64,000 bases of DNA from Azolla caroliniana (Eukaryota > Plantae > Polypodiophyta). Positions 12,367 to 25,699 of this stretch are shown here, piece by piece. Where the stretch lies: assembly GCA_043228905.1 (NCBI GenBank), contig JBHGNT010000014.1:6386001-6450000 (forward strand), written 5' to 3'. The stretch's first letter is position 1; the number at the start of each line of letters is the position of its first letter. The translations under genes were made by a program, and so were the position numbers. The notes beneath the pieces are model-generated. The model did not search any database, was not told where the DNA came from, and saw only the letters and a list, made by a program, of their open reading frames with translations.

Positions 12367-15300
12367 ATGGAGAAATCAGGGAAGTTAAGTGAGATTAATG
12401 GAGTGGTGTGGTGGAGTGGCATAGGCATAGGCAGCGGCAGCGGCAGCGGCCTGCAACCCCCGTCCTCACCTTCTCTGCTAGTAAACAATAGCAGCAATAA
12501 CCATGGCCTGCAGCCAGGGTCAAATGTATCCACCATTAAGCAAGCAGCTCACCATGGCCATAAGGATTATTATAGTAGCGCAGCAGCAGCAGCAGCTGGA
12601 CATGTCAGTAATCTTGAGCCGTCCTTATCATCAGCTGGAGCACCTGTGCTTTTGCAAAGCATTCCTTCCATTCCTCCACCTGCTCCTGCTCCTGCTCGTG
12701 GAGCAGGAGGAGAGGAAAGGCTGCAAGCTGCAGGGCGGTTCATTGACATGACAAAGGTGCAGCCATGGTGGAGTACTACTACTACTACTACTAGCAGCAG
12801 CAGCAACAACAGTAGCACCTCCTCCTCCTCCTCCTCCTCCACCTCCACCCCCACCTCAACCTCCTCTTCCTCCTCAGGTATTCAGTATCAATCAGTATGT
12901 ATGTATGTACATGTACATGTACTGTATGTAAGTATTGCATGTATTGACTTTATGTATGTATGTATGTATGTATGTATGTATGTATGTATGTATGTATGTA
13001 TGTATGTATACGATGATGATCTGTATGTATACGCTCTCAGAGTTTTAGCACTCACCATAAATAAACATGCATCGAAAGTTACCTCCATTTCTCATGTTTA
13101 GCAGCAGCCTGATTGATTCAACTTTTCTCTGGATTTATTAAGACGACTTTTTCATTAACATGGTGCCATTAAAGCCCCCCCCCCCCCTCTCTTCTAATTT
13201 GAATAACCTTAGTACTATCGTAGACAATGAAACGCTCAGATTAAGCTGCATGATGAAAAACTAGGTCAGGATCTATATACGACAACTAATGCTTCAATCG
13301 TATTTTCAACAGCATTGCATATGAATTAGGTCGTTCAGATCCAAACACCAACAGGGGAAAGGGAAAAGGGAAAAAGAAAAAAATGTCTCTTAATGGTTAT
13401 CATCACAAGCGTGCTTGCTGTTCTTAAGATCTGTTTGTTCTTGAATACATTTTTTACGTGCAGCTTTGAGTAGGGTTAACATCTATACTCCCATCTCCAT
13501 GCATGGCTCTTACCATTATTGTTTAGGTTACGATAATCATGATCACTGCCAACTGGTTTCGGCCATGCCTCCTTACATTCTGCACTCGCAAGCTGGCGAT
13601 TATGTGATACCCAACATACAACTGGAGCTCGCCATCAATTCCATGGTAATTACATTAGCCCTTCCCCACAAATGCTTACAATTTCATCTCGCATTCCACA
13701 AGGAATAGTCTAAATTCAACAGAAAAGGAACTTCAAAACACACCATTGCCACATTGCATACAAAGTTGCCACATATCGACCTACCCCCCCCCCCCCCCCC
13801 CAGGTTAAACAGCTATTTGTGATGTAAAACCAGGTCCAGCCTGCCTACTCTTACTTGGATCCATATTTCGGTGGCATGCTGGCTGCATATAGTGGTCAAC
13901 CAGTGGTGAGTTTCTCCTGGCACACCATTGTCGACCTTATGAAACTCCAGAGTTAATTAGCATGAATTGACTTTTTAAGCTTGGTCTTGCTCTTGGTCTT
14001 TTGATTTTGTGATTTGATTAGAGTCCGTCTCAAGTGATCAGTTTTCATCAAGCTCGGATGCCGTTGCCAACAGTACCAACTGAAGAAGAACCGGTGTATG
14101 TGAATGCAAAGCAATACGCGGGTATCTTACGCAGGAGGCATCGCCGTGCCAAGTTAGAGTCTGAAAATAAGCTCGTCAGGTCCAGAAAGGTACCACAATG
14201 AGACTCCTTCCTATATGGGCATACATGATTCAGAACAGTGTTTCATTTAGTTAAAGAGGGGAAAATACCCAAACACCAAACTAACTTGGCTGGGCGTGAC
14301 TAAAATGTCTTCTACTACTCCTTCTCCCCCCCCCCCCCCCCCCCAAGAGAAAAAAAGGAAGAAAGAAATACCCAAAACTTAATAGAAACCAGTCCTATGT
14401 ACAAAAATTTACTACTGCATAAGGGTGATTTTTGGTATTTATCTTTTATAAAGTCGGGGAATATTCTGGTAGATACCTGGCAACCAGAAGATAGGTGCAT
14501 TCTTAAGTTTTGCCCTTGTCCATCATACCTACCTCTCCCATCCAGCAGTGTGATTTGTAATAAATGTGAACTACATATATTGATGTCAGAGAGGTTTTTT
14601 GGATTGCAGCCATACCTTCATGAATCGCGCCATCTGCATGCAATGAGAAGGGCTAGGGGATGTGGGGGACGCTTCTTGAATACCAAGAAAAAAGATGAAT
14701 CTTCAAACTGTTTCAATAACAATGTGTCATCAGAGGGGGCGCAATCCTCTCAGGAGGGTACAACGATCGACTCAAACGAGACAGGCATAACCATTGAATG
14801 TGGAGTGGAATCCCGACAAGAAGAGGGTTACTTGAATACAATGCGTGACTTGGGAAACCGTGGGATAGTGGGTATGAATCAATCCATTGGAGATGGCACT
14901 AGTGGCTTTTCCTCCGGAATGCATGTGCAAAATGGTCATCCAATCATATCTTCAGGTGAAACCTACTGTTGTATTTCTTTTGAGTAGGTTCTCTCTTAGT
15001 ATCTCAACATAAATGAACCAGCAATCACATGAGAAACTTTGATCTGAAGGGGGCATTTGGGGAAATACACAAAGAAAAACTTCAGGGTACTTCGGATTGT
15101 TTTCTCTCTTTGATAGTTATATAGTGAGAGGGGTGGGAGACCCCTCAAATATGTAATGTGAGAGGTGAAAACCCAACCCAACCCACAAAGTCATGGCCAC
15201 AACTAGGATGATCTCTGTAAGCATAATACTTGTCTTAGGACTCCACACACTCAATATCGAAGGCAGAGCATATATATATATGCCCCTTCCTCTAAATCTT

Positions 15301-15596
15301 TTGTAAAACTGCAAGGATGGGGATGTTAAAAACCTAAAAGTTTGATATGTATGTGATAAGATTGAAAGAACCCAAGTTGGATCGCCCCGGCATAGGCTAG
15401 GCCTTTGTCTCATAGATCACATCAAAATATATCTATGTATACATCCACCCTACACCTGAAAGTTTTGAATGATTGTTTTTTTCAGTTTCAGTAACGTTTT
15501 GTTTTGTTTTGTTGCTTTATTGAGTCAGATACAGAAGGTGGAGACCTTACCTTTCAAATGTTCTGTTTTTGGGCAGGTGTTCCTTTTGGCACCTGA
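12367..15596 (+). CDS. NF-YA: Nuclear factor Y subunit A (CBF-B/HAP2), about 411 aa
   Basis: GT-AG exons in consistent phase: 12367-12877, 13527-13645, 13834-13905, 14022-14189, 14610-14955, 15577-15596. Motifs [46 protein letters not shown] and [23 protein letters not shown]. Start codon and last micro-exon are less certain. Confidence 0.95.
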
Positions 15597-15679
15597 AGGC
15601 ATCATATGAGACGGTTGTGAAGAATGAGGTCAGAGCTGAAGCTAGTTCTGGCTTTGTTTCAGTCATTGCGTGTTGACTA

Positions 15680-15700
15680 AAGGCAATTCATTCTTGGCTT
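15680..15700 (+). promoter_or_regulatory. miR169 target site in the NF-YA 3' UTR
   Basis: AAGGCAATTCATTCTTGGCTT pairs with miR169 (UAGCCAAGGAUGACUUGCCUG type) at positions 2-8, 10-13 and 15-20, with G:U at 9 and a mismatch at 14. It lies about 85 nt after the stop, as in angiosperm NF-YAs. Confidence 0.88.
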
Positions 15701-16865
15701 ATCTTACCTGTGCTTCCTTTGTGGTGGGGAGTGCAGCTCAGACAAAAAAAAAAAAGAACATAGAAATCATCTCAACTCTCCTTTAATGGAGAGCTCTTAT
15801 TTTTCAGTACTTCTTTTTGGACCTTGTTTTTTTAAGCTATGTTTTCTTTCAAGCTCCTGGCTGCTTGAGGAACTACTCTCTTTTAACTAAAGTGGATGTG
15901 TGAATCATCATCATCATGCGGATTTGCGCGAGAAATGCAAAAGTTTGTGCACCAAGTTTGTGTAGAATGGATGGATTGCTTGCATTGCTAGGATGAATTT
16001 ATTCCTGTACAACCTTTTTTTTTTCTTGATAGCTCTTAAGGTATATTTATATGTAGCTCAATTGTGTGATTCTTCAACGGCTATTGAGTTTTAAAACAAA
16101 ATACGAATTCCTTGCCTGGATCTCCAACTTAGGGAAAGTAACCTGGAGAGTGTCATGTGTCAATAACACAGGTAGTTAGTGGCATGGCCTACATGCATGA
16201 TGAATTGCTATTGTCTGTCCTTTTACTTCACTTTCACTTATGCCAAACCTAATCAAAGTCTAAAAAGGGTATGGAAATTTTGGCGTGTGGTAGTGGGACA
16301 CTCTAATCAAAGTATATATGAAAGAAAATAAGGGATTCCGATGTTAACATGCCTCATCAAGTGGGAAAATACACCACAATATTGGATATATTGTGCCCAA
16401 TCAATCAATCAATCAACCAACCAACTATATTATTGATGCTCTTATGTGAATGGAGTATTCTTAAATCAATCAATCAATCAACCATATTAATGCTCTCATA
16501 CACAATATTTTTAAATTACCCTATCTATTGCATTATTAGATTTAATAAATGACCCAACACCCCTTATTGTTATTATCCAATGCAATATATAACCTTGTTG
16601 TGATCCAATCAAGTTCAATTTCATGCGTGTAAAATGACGAGAAATGATTTCCTTGTAGAGGTAGGCCTAGGTGTATGTTTAGATGGAGAAGATTTTGTGC
16701 GGTTTTAAAAGGGAGGTGGGCCATCTTTTTGCTAGACTTGGGTTCTAGGTTGGAATGCAAGCTTGTGCATATGTACTTTCATCTCTTAATCAAACATGTG
16801 GACCAAGATATGTATGAGAAGATGGTTTTTTATACCTTAGTTTGAATCACGTGTAATAAAAAGAA

Positions 16866-17149
16866 GGGAAAAGTACCAGGATGCCCCTGGAAGTTCATCT
16901 ATTTACCAGAATGCCCCTATGTCCAAAACATTACACTTTATAAAGTAATTATACACTCAAATCTACAAGCCCTATTTACCAAAGATGGAAGAAATGGACC
17001 CAAACTAGCCATATTTACCAAAGATTTGAGTGTATAATTACTTTATAAAGTGTAATTTTTTGGACATAGGGGTAGTTTGGTAAATTTGCAACTTCTAGGG
17101 GCATTCTGGTAAATAGACGAACTTCCAGGGGTATCGTGGTACTTTTCCC
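16866..17149. mobile_element. Mutator-like fold-back MITE
   Basis: Long TIRs (GGGAAAAGTACCA...TGGTACTTTTCCC) of roughly 100 bp or more; perfect 9-bp TSD TAAAAAGAA at 16857-16865 and 17150-17158. Confidence 0.92.
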
Positions 17150-19686
17150 TAAAAAGAACATGTAGTGTGCATTGGGTCTCACCAAACCCAGTGGCTTGGT
17201 GTATAATTCTTGGTCCTCATAGCTAAAACATATGCACATCAATTATCGTTCCCAAACTCGTATGACAATTTCCCTTGATTACCATGGTTTTAAAAAACTA
17301 CACAATTTCCTCGTAATGTTCTATTGGAGACTCCACTTTGTGACATGGGTCCTTGATCAAATATTTCCCATTGTGTATTTATTACATTGTACTCAACATA
17401 TGAGAGTCAGATAGGTGTGATTTATTGCAAGAGGTGGCAACGATATCTTTCACAAAAAATGTTTTGGCAACTTCACATAAATATTTGTATCATGACATAA
17501 GTTTCATGGACGCTTCATAGGCTTTTAGGTAACGCCCATGAACAACTAAAAAAATTCTATGAGAGCATATGATATAAGTTGTCTTGCTTTATAGCTAATA
17601 TTCAACTCATTTTTAGAGAACATCGAGATTGTTGTGAATCAATTATTATCTTGGTTGTTATTTGGATGGTCCATGCATCAAGTTAAGGTGCTTTCCCATC
17701 AAAAAACAACTTGTAAGCCCAATAAAGTTTAGTTTGTTATGACACGCAAAGTTTTCTCTAATAGCAACCCCAAGTAATGGCATATTAATACATAGACATA
17801 TATACATTTATTTCGTGTTGGATGCATGTGAACACCATAGTGCACCTGTGGGACAACAATTTTGGAGATATGTCTTTTCATATTGACAATAATACGAGAC
17901 GCATAAAAAAACTTGGAAATGTATCACGCATAATTAACATCTTATATTCTTGGTATGGACATCACACAAAGGCCCACATTAATTAATTTCTATAAAATGT
18001 CATTATTTAGTGACGAAAAAAAGTTAGCATCCTATAGAAGCTCCTTATCACATCAAGTTGTTTAAGTTCCATCCCGTTTTCCTCTAATATACGAACTACG
18101 TACGAGACACTTCACCATGTGACCATTATCTTTAAGACACCACTTCATGACTTCCGCTAGCATAATTGCAATACTTTGCCGTTTCCCTTCATCTTATCGA
18201 TTTGTAAGGCCTCATTTTATCTCCTATCTTCACCCGTGTGGGTCATGCAACTTTCCCGAGATACAAACGCGGTGTTCTGTGGTTTAATTCCTATTTAATA
18301 GCATTGACTTTTTTAAGGAAGTTCAATCGGCTCAACCCTTTGTTGAAATCGAATCCACAAAGCCATTTTTTTAAGGACGAGTTTGTTGGTCTAGATAATC
18401 TCAAATTAAAATCCGAAAAGAAAATGGTTTCCAACTATGAAGATTTTCCATTTGCAACAGTAACACGAATAATGGACACAACATCAAACCCAATTATTAA
18501 GAGGTGACCCACCAACCTCTGGGGTTGCAAAGTGCCACAAGCTTGCATCAACTTCCTACACTAAATTTTCAAACCTCTCATAAAGTAAGATCGCTGACAT
18601 CAGAAGGATAATTTGTTATACAAAATTGGTCGGTTGTTTCGTGCACATATATGAGGAGATAACGCCTTCACCTTTATCTTTAGGACATAACATCTTGTTT
18701 GTGACATGTTTCAACAAGTGGTTAATTTGACTTTCTTCGGATGTCTCCTAGTTCCTTTTATCCTTTCGTGACTACAATTCTTGAGAAGTGTTATTTTCAT
18801 ACAATGATGCCCTCGTACTCTCATCAAGCTCACCGCGCCTCAAAACACACCTAATGGGATGATCGAAAAGCATGTGCACTACATCTCAAAATACCCTTCC
18901 TAATGGGATGATCACTATTAATCTTTTCGCTCACTCTCTTAGTTTCATCAATTTAATAAAATGGTGACCATCTTTGTACCTCCTCCCCTGCATACGTACC
19001 TCATTATTACGCCATCTATTTGACATATTATTGGTATCTATTGAAAATAATTCATTGATTCTTCAATGGGAAAAGGTGACAACTGCAATTTGTATACCCT
19101 CCAAAACCATAGAGACATAACAGAAGAGGCCACATATTTGAGTTCAACACTCATTGGGAGGCATGCTACAAACGTTTTGATTATATTCATTCAAACTTTA
19201 GCATAGAGATGTATGATTAATTCAACACATCATGGTGAGATCTCTAAATCGTCACGTTAACATTAATCAGACAATGAACTTGACATGGTGTTAAAACAAT
19301 GTGTTTTTGAATCCAGAACTATGGTAACCAACAAGAGAGATTCAGGAAAAATATCGATTTATGGGCACAATTAAACACAATTCAAGAATAGCACTTTAAT
19401 TATACCTTCCAATACAAATTACTCAGTAAAAGTAGGTGGGAGATCTGTCAGTTAGAAATCAACAAACCTGGAAATATTTCATCCATGGCAAGGAAACAGT
19501 TACTATACTTAGTTCATCCATTACAAACAGATAGCAAATCACAACCATATGACATGTATCTTGTGTTCATAGTTCCTTTACAAGACTAAGTTAATCACAC
19601 ACTCAACCCACTCAACAGCCTTTATCCAAAACAAGTGGAGAGATGCAAAACCTTTCTCAAAAATCCATCAATCTTCAAACACATGC

Positions 19687-22600
19687 CTACAAGGGCACAC
19701 TAGAGAAAGACCAATTGGAGAACATAAATGCAGCCACGCTCATGTTTTTATCGGTTGTTACAACCTTCCATCCTGTAGCATGATTGAAGGTAACCGGCCG
19801 ACCAGTACTAGTCAAGCAAATTCCTGAAGGCAGGCATGCATACCCCTACAACAAACATAAAAAAAGATGTTCCATGAGGCTTTATATCATTCAAATCTTG
19901 ATTGATACGTTAATTTTTATGTATTTTGGTTTTAAGTGCTCTTTGATAACTAGCATCTAAGAAATTCGTCAAAGGTTTATATTATACCTCCTTTTGAATG
20001 AAAGGAGGTGGCTGTGAATAGTCCGTCTTGCGGCATCCATCGTGAAACATTTGTTCTAGGGATAATCCCCTCAAAGCATTTGCATTGGTTTCAAGCATAT
20101 CAAGAGCCGCTTGGTTGGCAAATATGAACTCCGGTAATGGCTGCAATCACCAGCAGTTTAGTTTTTGGTCTTGTTTCATTTGTAGAAAGTAAAAATGGAA
20201 CCTTTCTACATCGTTCGAATGTGAGACAAGAAATAATGAAGACCATTGAAGTACCTTCCATGCACAGCAAACGATAGAATCCTTGAGGTTCCAGAAATTC
20301 CTGAACATTTCTTCGGGATCCCCACTAACACATGGCAATAGATCTTGGCCAAGGTAGGACCTAAACCAAATAAAGAGAATTCCTTAGAACTTTCAGATCC
20401 CAATGCTCAAATAATCGGGGTGCATATAAAATACCTCAAATGCTAGTTAAACAATGACAGAACAAAATGTTTCACAAATCTTGACTAAAATCCAACATAC
20501 CCACAACTTTCCAGGCATTTACCAGAACACCTCTACTAACTTCCAAAACTTGCCAGAATTAATACAGCCGATGCATGAGAGAGGGGAATTCTGGTGGTTT
20601 TCGGAAACTTAAAGAGGTATTCTGATAACCATCCATCAAGTTAGGATGTATATTGGCGTTTTTAGAGTTTTCCCCTAAGTCTATACCTGTAGCTGTCCAC
20701 AATCTGTCGTACAAGAACCAAAGCATCTCCACTAGATTGCCCTGTTATAGTAGGTGGGTGTGGTATGCGCAAGGAGCCAATGGCTGCCTGCTGAAGAACA
20801 TCAACCAAGGCTTGCACATGCCTCTGAATATTTAGAGCCACTACATCTCGACTTTCAGCCTTGTACATGTATTGGAAAGCTATGGTTAAAATTGAGCTTT
20901 GTTCTTGCATTGGTGAGCGACCACCATTGCTTACTTGCATCCTATTGTCATTACATGACCTTTCTTCAAGCGAGGATGCTAGATCCAATGTTTGTGACGA
21001 ATTATCCTGTGCCAGGATTAGTCATTATGATAAGCTATAAAATGCTTCGATCCCTTGTTAAACATTGAAGGATACACCCATACTTTTAAATATAATACAT
21101 ACTTTAGATCCACCTAAATGCAGAACTCTGAAGCCTGATGGAAGTAGGGGAGCATCATCTGGGACAGATGCATCAATAGGAGCAAAGATCAACTGTGTAT
21201 ACTCCCCAACTTTGATTTCCTCCATGGTGCTGCAAAGCTTCATTAATTCAAAATTCCAAGAGGTTAGAGTCAAAGAGTAGTGATGCCAAACATGTACTCG
21301 ATATTATGTCAATGACCAAAATCGAAAGCTTTAACTTTATGCATCATGCAAGAGTGTTATAGCCACTAATCAACAGTTTGATCAAAGCTATTGCTTATAT
21401 AGATAGATAGATAGATAGATTTTAAAATATATGGAGGTAAAGTTGAGGACTAAACATTTTCCAAAATTTATACTTTGAAGTCATGCACACGAAAAATTAG
21501 CTGCAAAAAATACTGGGTTTACTTTCTCCAAAGGGTTGAAGCTAAGTAGCATTGTGATGTAGAATATATATGCTAGAAATAGAGGCCCCGAACAATCAGT
21601 GTGGTTAGATACCTGAAGCAAGAAATTGTCCTGAAAGATGTCATCATTCCTCCGCTGAACTCTTACTACCTCTAACACCTGCAAGCAAAAGCATACACAA
21701 ATAGAATGAACTTCATTACTTTTGTTTGCTACCATAATGTTTTTGATCTAGAAACAAAACTTTGTTTTTTAGGCCCGACCTCCTCTTGTCCTATAATTGG
21801 CTGAAGTACTCGAACTGAGCTAAACTTCTTCTTTGACAAATCATTCATAGTCAACCTTGTAGAATCTGATTGACTTATATCGGTGCCAAAATCTGCCCAT
21901 GAAATCCACCTTTCCTTGAGGAAAGAGAGGAGAAGCGGGGGAGGGACACCCTATATGGTACAATTTCAGAAAAAGAAATAAATAAAAAGATGAACAACGA
22001 AAATCCTTTCTCTCTTAGATAATGACAATGGCTTCCCAGGCATAAAATTGAGAACTAACTGACCTGTAACAACAAAGAGGCTTTTGCACATATAATGCCA
22101 CTTCTATTTCTACTTCCAGCATCCATGGCTCCAAATTGCTTCGAATTTGAAGGTGGGTTAATGTAAATACTTACAGTACTTGGCCCATCATTTATAATAG
22201 AAACCCACCCTTCATCAGGAAAACAATTGACTGCATCATTGAAACCTCTGAAAATCAAATGGGTAATAGTTGTCTGATAAGAAAAACAAGAGGTTAAAAG
22301 ACAAAAAGATGAACATATCCAACGAATAAGAACGCTACCTGATAAGCCGATGGCTGAATCCACGCAATGAAGCTGTTGGATCAGTTATTAAATCTACTTC
22401 AGATTTCTCTTTAACTATACTCTTTAGATGAAATAAGACCTGCAAAAGAGTATATATAATCAAATGCTAAAAGCAACAGCAAACCGTATACCCAAGAAAG
22501 ACAGACAATGATTTCCAATATAAATAACTCACTTTACAAGTCATTCTTCTTGCAAGAATTGTCGATGTGGTGTAAAGAGGCCGAACTCCTTCAAGTGCGT

Positions 22601-25600
22601 TACCAGACTATATTATCGTCATTTCACAATAAACATATTAATGCAGAGCACATTAAACATACTCAAGTGATATTCCTTCGAATGAGAAAACTGAAGAAAG
22701 GATGTGCACCTTAAAACTCAAATCATCGATCACCATCACCATCGATCCACCTTGTTCATAGGGTCTTATCAAGAACCCACTCGTCAGCATTTCAGCTCTC
22801 ACAAATCCTGGCATAATAGGGATTTCTTGTATACCTTGTCCTGCAGCCAGTGACCTTTCACATATCTGTTAAATTAGAAAAGCTTCCATCACATGGAATG
22901 TTCTACTCGCCGAGAAACAAAATTAAGTACTTGACAAGAATATATATGTTTATTGACTTGGAACGATGCTTTACAACCAAACTTCCATCTTCCATGCAGC
23001 AAGTGTATCTAAGAGTCCAAAAGTCACGAGGTGCATCGAGTAGAGTTGTAGGAGAATACATCTGACAAAATGAGTTGAAAGAATGTTACAGAGGCTTTAA
23101 CAAATAAACAGTTAAAACTTGAGATCTGTAAGTAGGGTGTCGAGAAGAAACCTGAGTGTGCACAAGCTCTACCAAGCCACCACGATCGGCATTAAAGCTA
23201 GCTAACACATCTTGCCTCCGGCAATCTTGAAGCCACAATGGCCTATTCTTTACTATCTCAGCAACCTGGATGGAAATGACTGCTTAATGATAAGGTCAAG
23301 AAGCTTAATTTTAATATGGATATCAACCATTCTAACAACTTCTACCTTAAAAGCTTCAAGGTCAATGAGGCAGCATGCTTGGGCAGCAACTCCTCCATTT
23401 AACCTTGTTAGAGCAAACGCTCCAATGGAATCCGGACCAGGCTGAAACAAGAAAATATATTAGACACATCACCAGCAGGATGCAACAAAAGAGCAAAAGC
23501 TTGACCACAGATCCATGAGTAGTCTATACGCATATGCACATGTATATATATATGGATATGAATGTGTATTTGTACATGCACGCAAGTGCCAACAGGAAGC
23601 TTCTGTAAGAATTCTTCACCTTCATCCCGGGCAACGGGATCCCATCTACCACACTGCTCGTAGCCTTGGCTAAGAAATCTGCCAAGGTCTTTTCTGCAAT
23701 TGTGGACAGCCTGCAGATGGTACAAATATATAAAGGGGGGAAGAGAACATCCTGGTTAAGTTCCATTTCCCAGTATGCAATGATGAAGCCAAGTCAAGTA
23801 ACATTTGTCATAGACACATACTGGGATAAGCTCCATTCTTGAGACGGATGTGGCGGAGAGTGTTGATGCTGTCCACTCGTAACCACTGACTCGGAGCTCG
23901 TGTCGGTTGTGGTCATGATAACCTGAATTACAGCAACGAGATGGGGTTTCCCCTTCATCAATGAGTACTACCATGATAAGTTTAAAAAATTCTCATGCAG
24001 GAATGAGACACCCACTTCCTCTCTCATGTTCCACTCCAGCATTCAACATAATGATCGTATGTGGTGGATTACTGGCACGAATTTCCCAGTGTGGGAAAGA
24101 ACATGTCCGGTCCCGTGACCTCATATTATCAACACAGTTAAGACCCCACAATCCCCTCTTTCCTTTTGTGTTCCCCTACAGTATTCAACATTACGAGCTT
24201 CTGCAGGTGAGTTAGATATACCCCACCTTGCCCACAAGAAGTTCACAATGTTAAAGTCAAAATCCAACAATGTGGGAATCACTGCAGTGGGACACAAAAT
24301 GCCCCCGAGATTTCTGTCTACATACGATGAAAGACACAATCAACACCCACAATTACAAGATCCAATTGCCAAAATACAATTATAAGCCCCGATCTTCACA
24401 TAGAGAGAGAGAGAGAGAGAAAGAGAAGAAGAAAGAAGGTGGAAGCATACTGGGTTCACAACGCGAGGATTTGTATCAACATTGGGTTGTTGTAAATGGA
24501 GCTGTTGTCGGAGGTATTGGTTCTCTGAGCTTAGTTGTGCAGCTTGTTTCTGCAGCCTTTCATTCTCCTCCAAAAGAAGCTGATTCATCGCATTGAGTTT
24601 CGAATTCCAGGTCTGAAGTCGACTTGTTTCTTTCCTTTGCTTCTCCCTACACCTGAAAAATAATAATGATAAACAGATAGAAAAACGTTACACGCTATAG
24701 ATGCATTAGCTAGTGCGGATGAGCAATGTGTCTGGTAGTATAAGTTTTGTATGGTAATTGAGAAGAGAAAATCACACAATTCATGCATGCTAATTTAGAG
24801 AAGACCCTCACTCTCCTCTCACACATATACACAACCACAAACATTTGTGTGTTCAATTAGAGGAGAAAACCAGATAACGGGAGACATTTATATGCTATTC
24901 AGATCAACAGCCCAGATAATTCGAGACATTTCCATGATCACAATTTAGAGTAGCGAGAAGCACAGAACTAGAAACATTATCTAGTGATCTACAGATAATC
25001 AGTGACACATATAGGACTCGCGTGCTGCTGGAATCAATCCACTATTACATGCAAATTTAGAGAAGAAAGACGGAGGTAGCTCCATATGCGCAATTAACCA
25101 TGTATATATATATGTATGTAAACGTTTAGAAGAGAAAGCCCACGTGAAATATGAGACCTTCTTCTTGGCTGATGGACACAATCCCATACATAAAATACAA
25201 ATATAGAGGAGAAAAAGCACATCAGAAAAAGAAAAAGAAAAAAAAAGGTCTTAAGAATTAATTGAGCAGAGATTATTATTATTAAGATCCATGGGAAGCC
25301 CATGGCAGAAGGGATGAAGCATTTGAAGAAAAATTTCTGAGTTTCTGAGAATACCTTCTGTTCTGGAACCAGACTTTGAGTTGCTTGTGGCCAATGTTGG
25401 CAAGGATGGGGCATTCTTTGATGAGCTGCTGGCGGCGGGAGGAGCTGGGCTTGGGGCAGTCACTGTACACACGCTCCAGTATCTCCACCTGCTCCTGCGT
25501 GTAGCGGGCATACTTCCCACAATCCAAGCTTCCACTACTCCCATTATTCACATTATTCACATTATTCATATTCATATTCATATTATTCCCATTATTCCCA

Positions 25601-25686
25601 CTGTTACTGTTACTACTACTACTACCCTTCCCTTCCTTCCCCCCTCCTCCTCCTCCTCCCCCTTTACTGCAACCCCCCATTCTCAT
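19687..25686 (-). CDS. C3HDZ: Class III homeodomain-leucine zipper TF (HD, LZ, START, SAD, MEKHLA), divergent paralogue, about 882 aa
   Basis: 18 GT-AG exons with consistent phases and no stops: 25686-25355, 24652-24451, 23922-23822, 23710-23620, 23441-23346, 23265-23152, 23061-22975, 22865-22710, 22607-22533, 22439-22339, 22247-22064, 21950-21780, 21678-21613, 21237-21103, 21006-20687, 20360-20255, 20140-19988, 19845-19687. Motifs GKYARYT, KVWFQNRRCREKQRKE, PGMKPGPDSIG, PRDFWTLRY, APLLPSGFRV, FANQAALDMLET and FMFSNWSF. Confidence 0.96.
23432..23630 (-). promoter_or_regulatory. miR165/166 target site formed across the exon 4/5 junction
   Basis: Spliced mRNA CCGGGATGAAG|CCTGGTCCGG (23630-23620 plus 23441-23432) is perfectly complementary to miR166 positions 2-16. 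Confidence 0.92.
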
Positions 25687-25699
25687 CTCCCCCACACCA

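Noticed and set aside
12878-13101. 3' part of ORF 12304-13101
   Set aside because: Read-through into intron 1, a (TATG)n tract after a good donor at 12878.
14258-14450. Possible small MITE in NF-YA intron 4
   Set aside because: Weak inverted match (AAATACCCAAAA / TTTTGGTATTT) with no convincing TSD.
24788-25066. Repeated AATTTAGAG(A/T)AG in C3HDZ intron 1
   Set aside because: Three short AT-rich copies; old local duplication or chance is sufficient.
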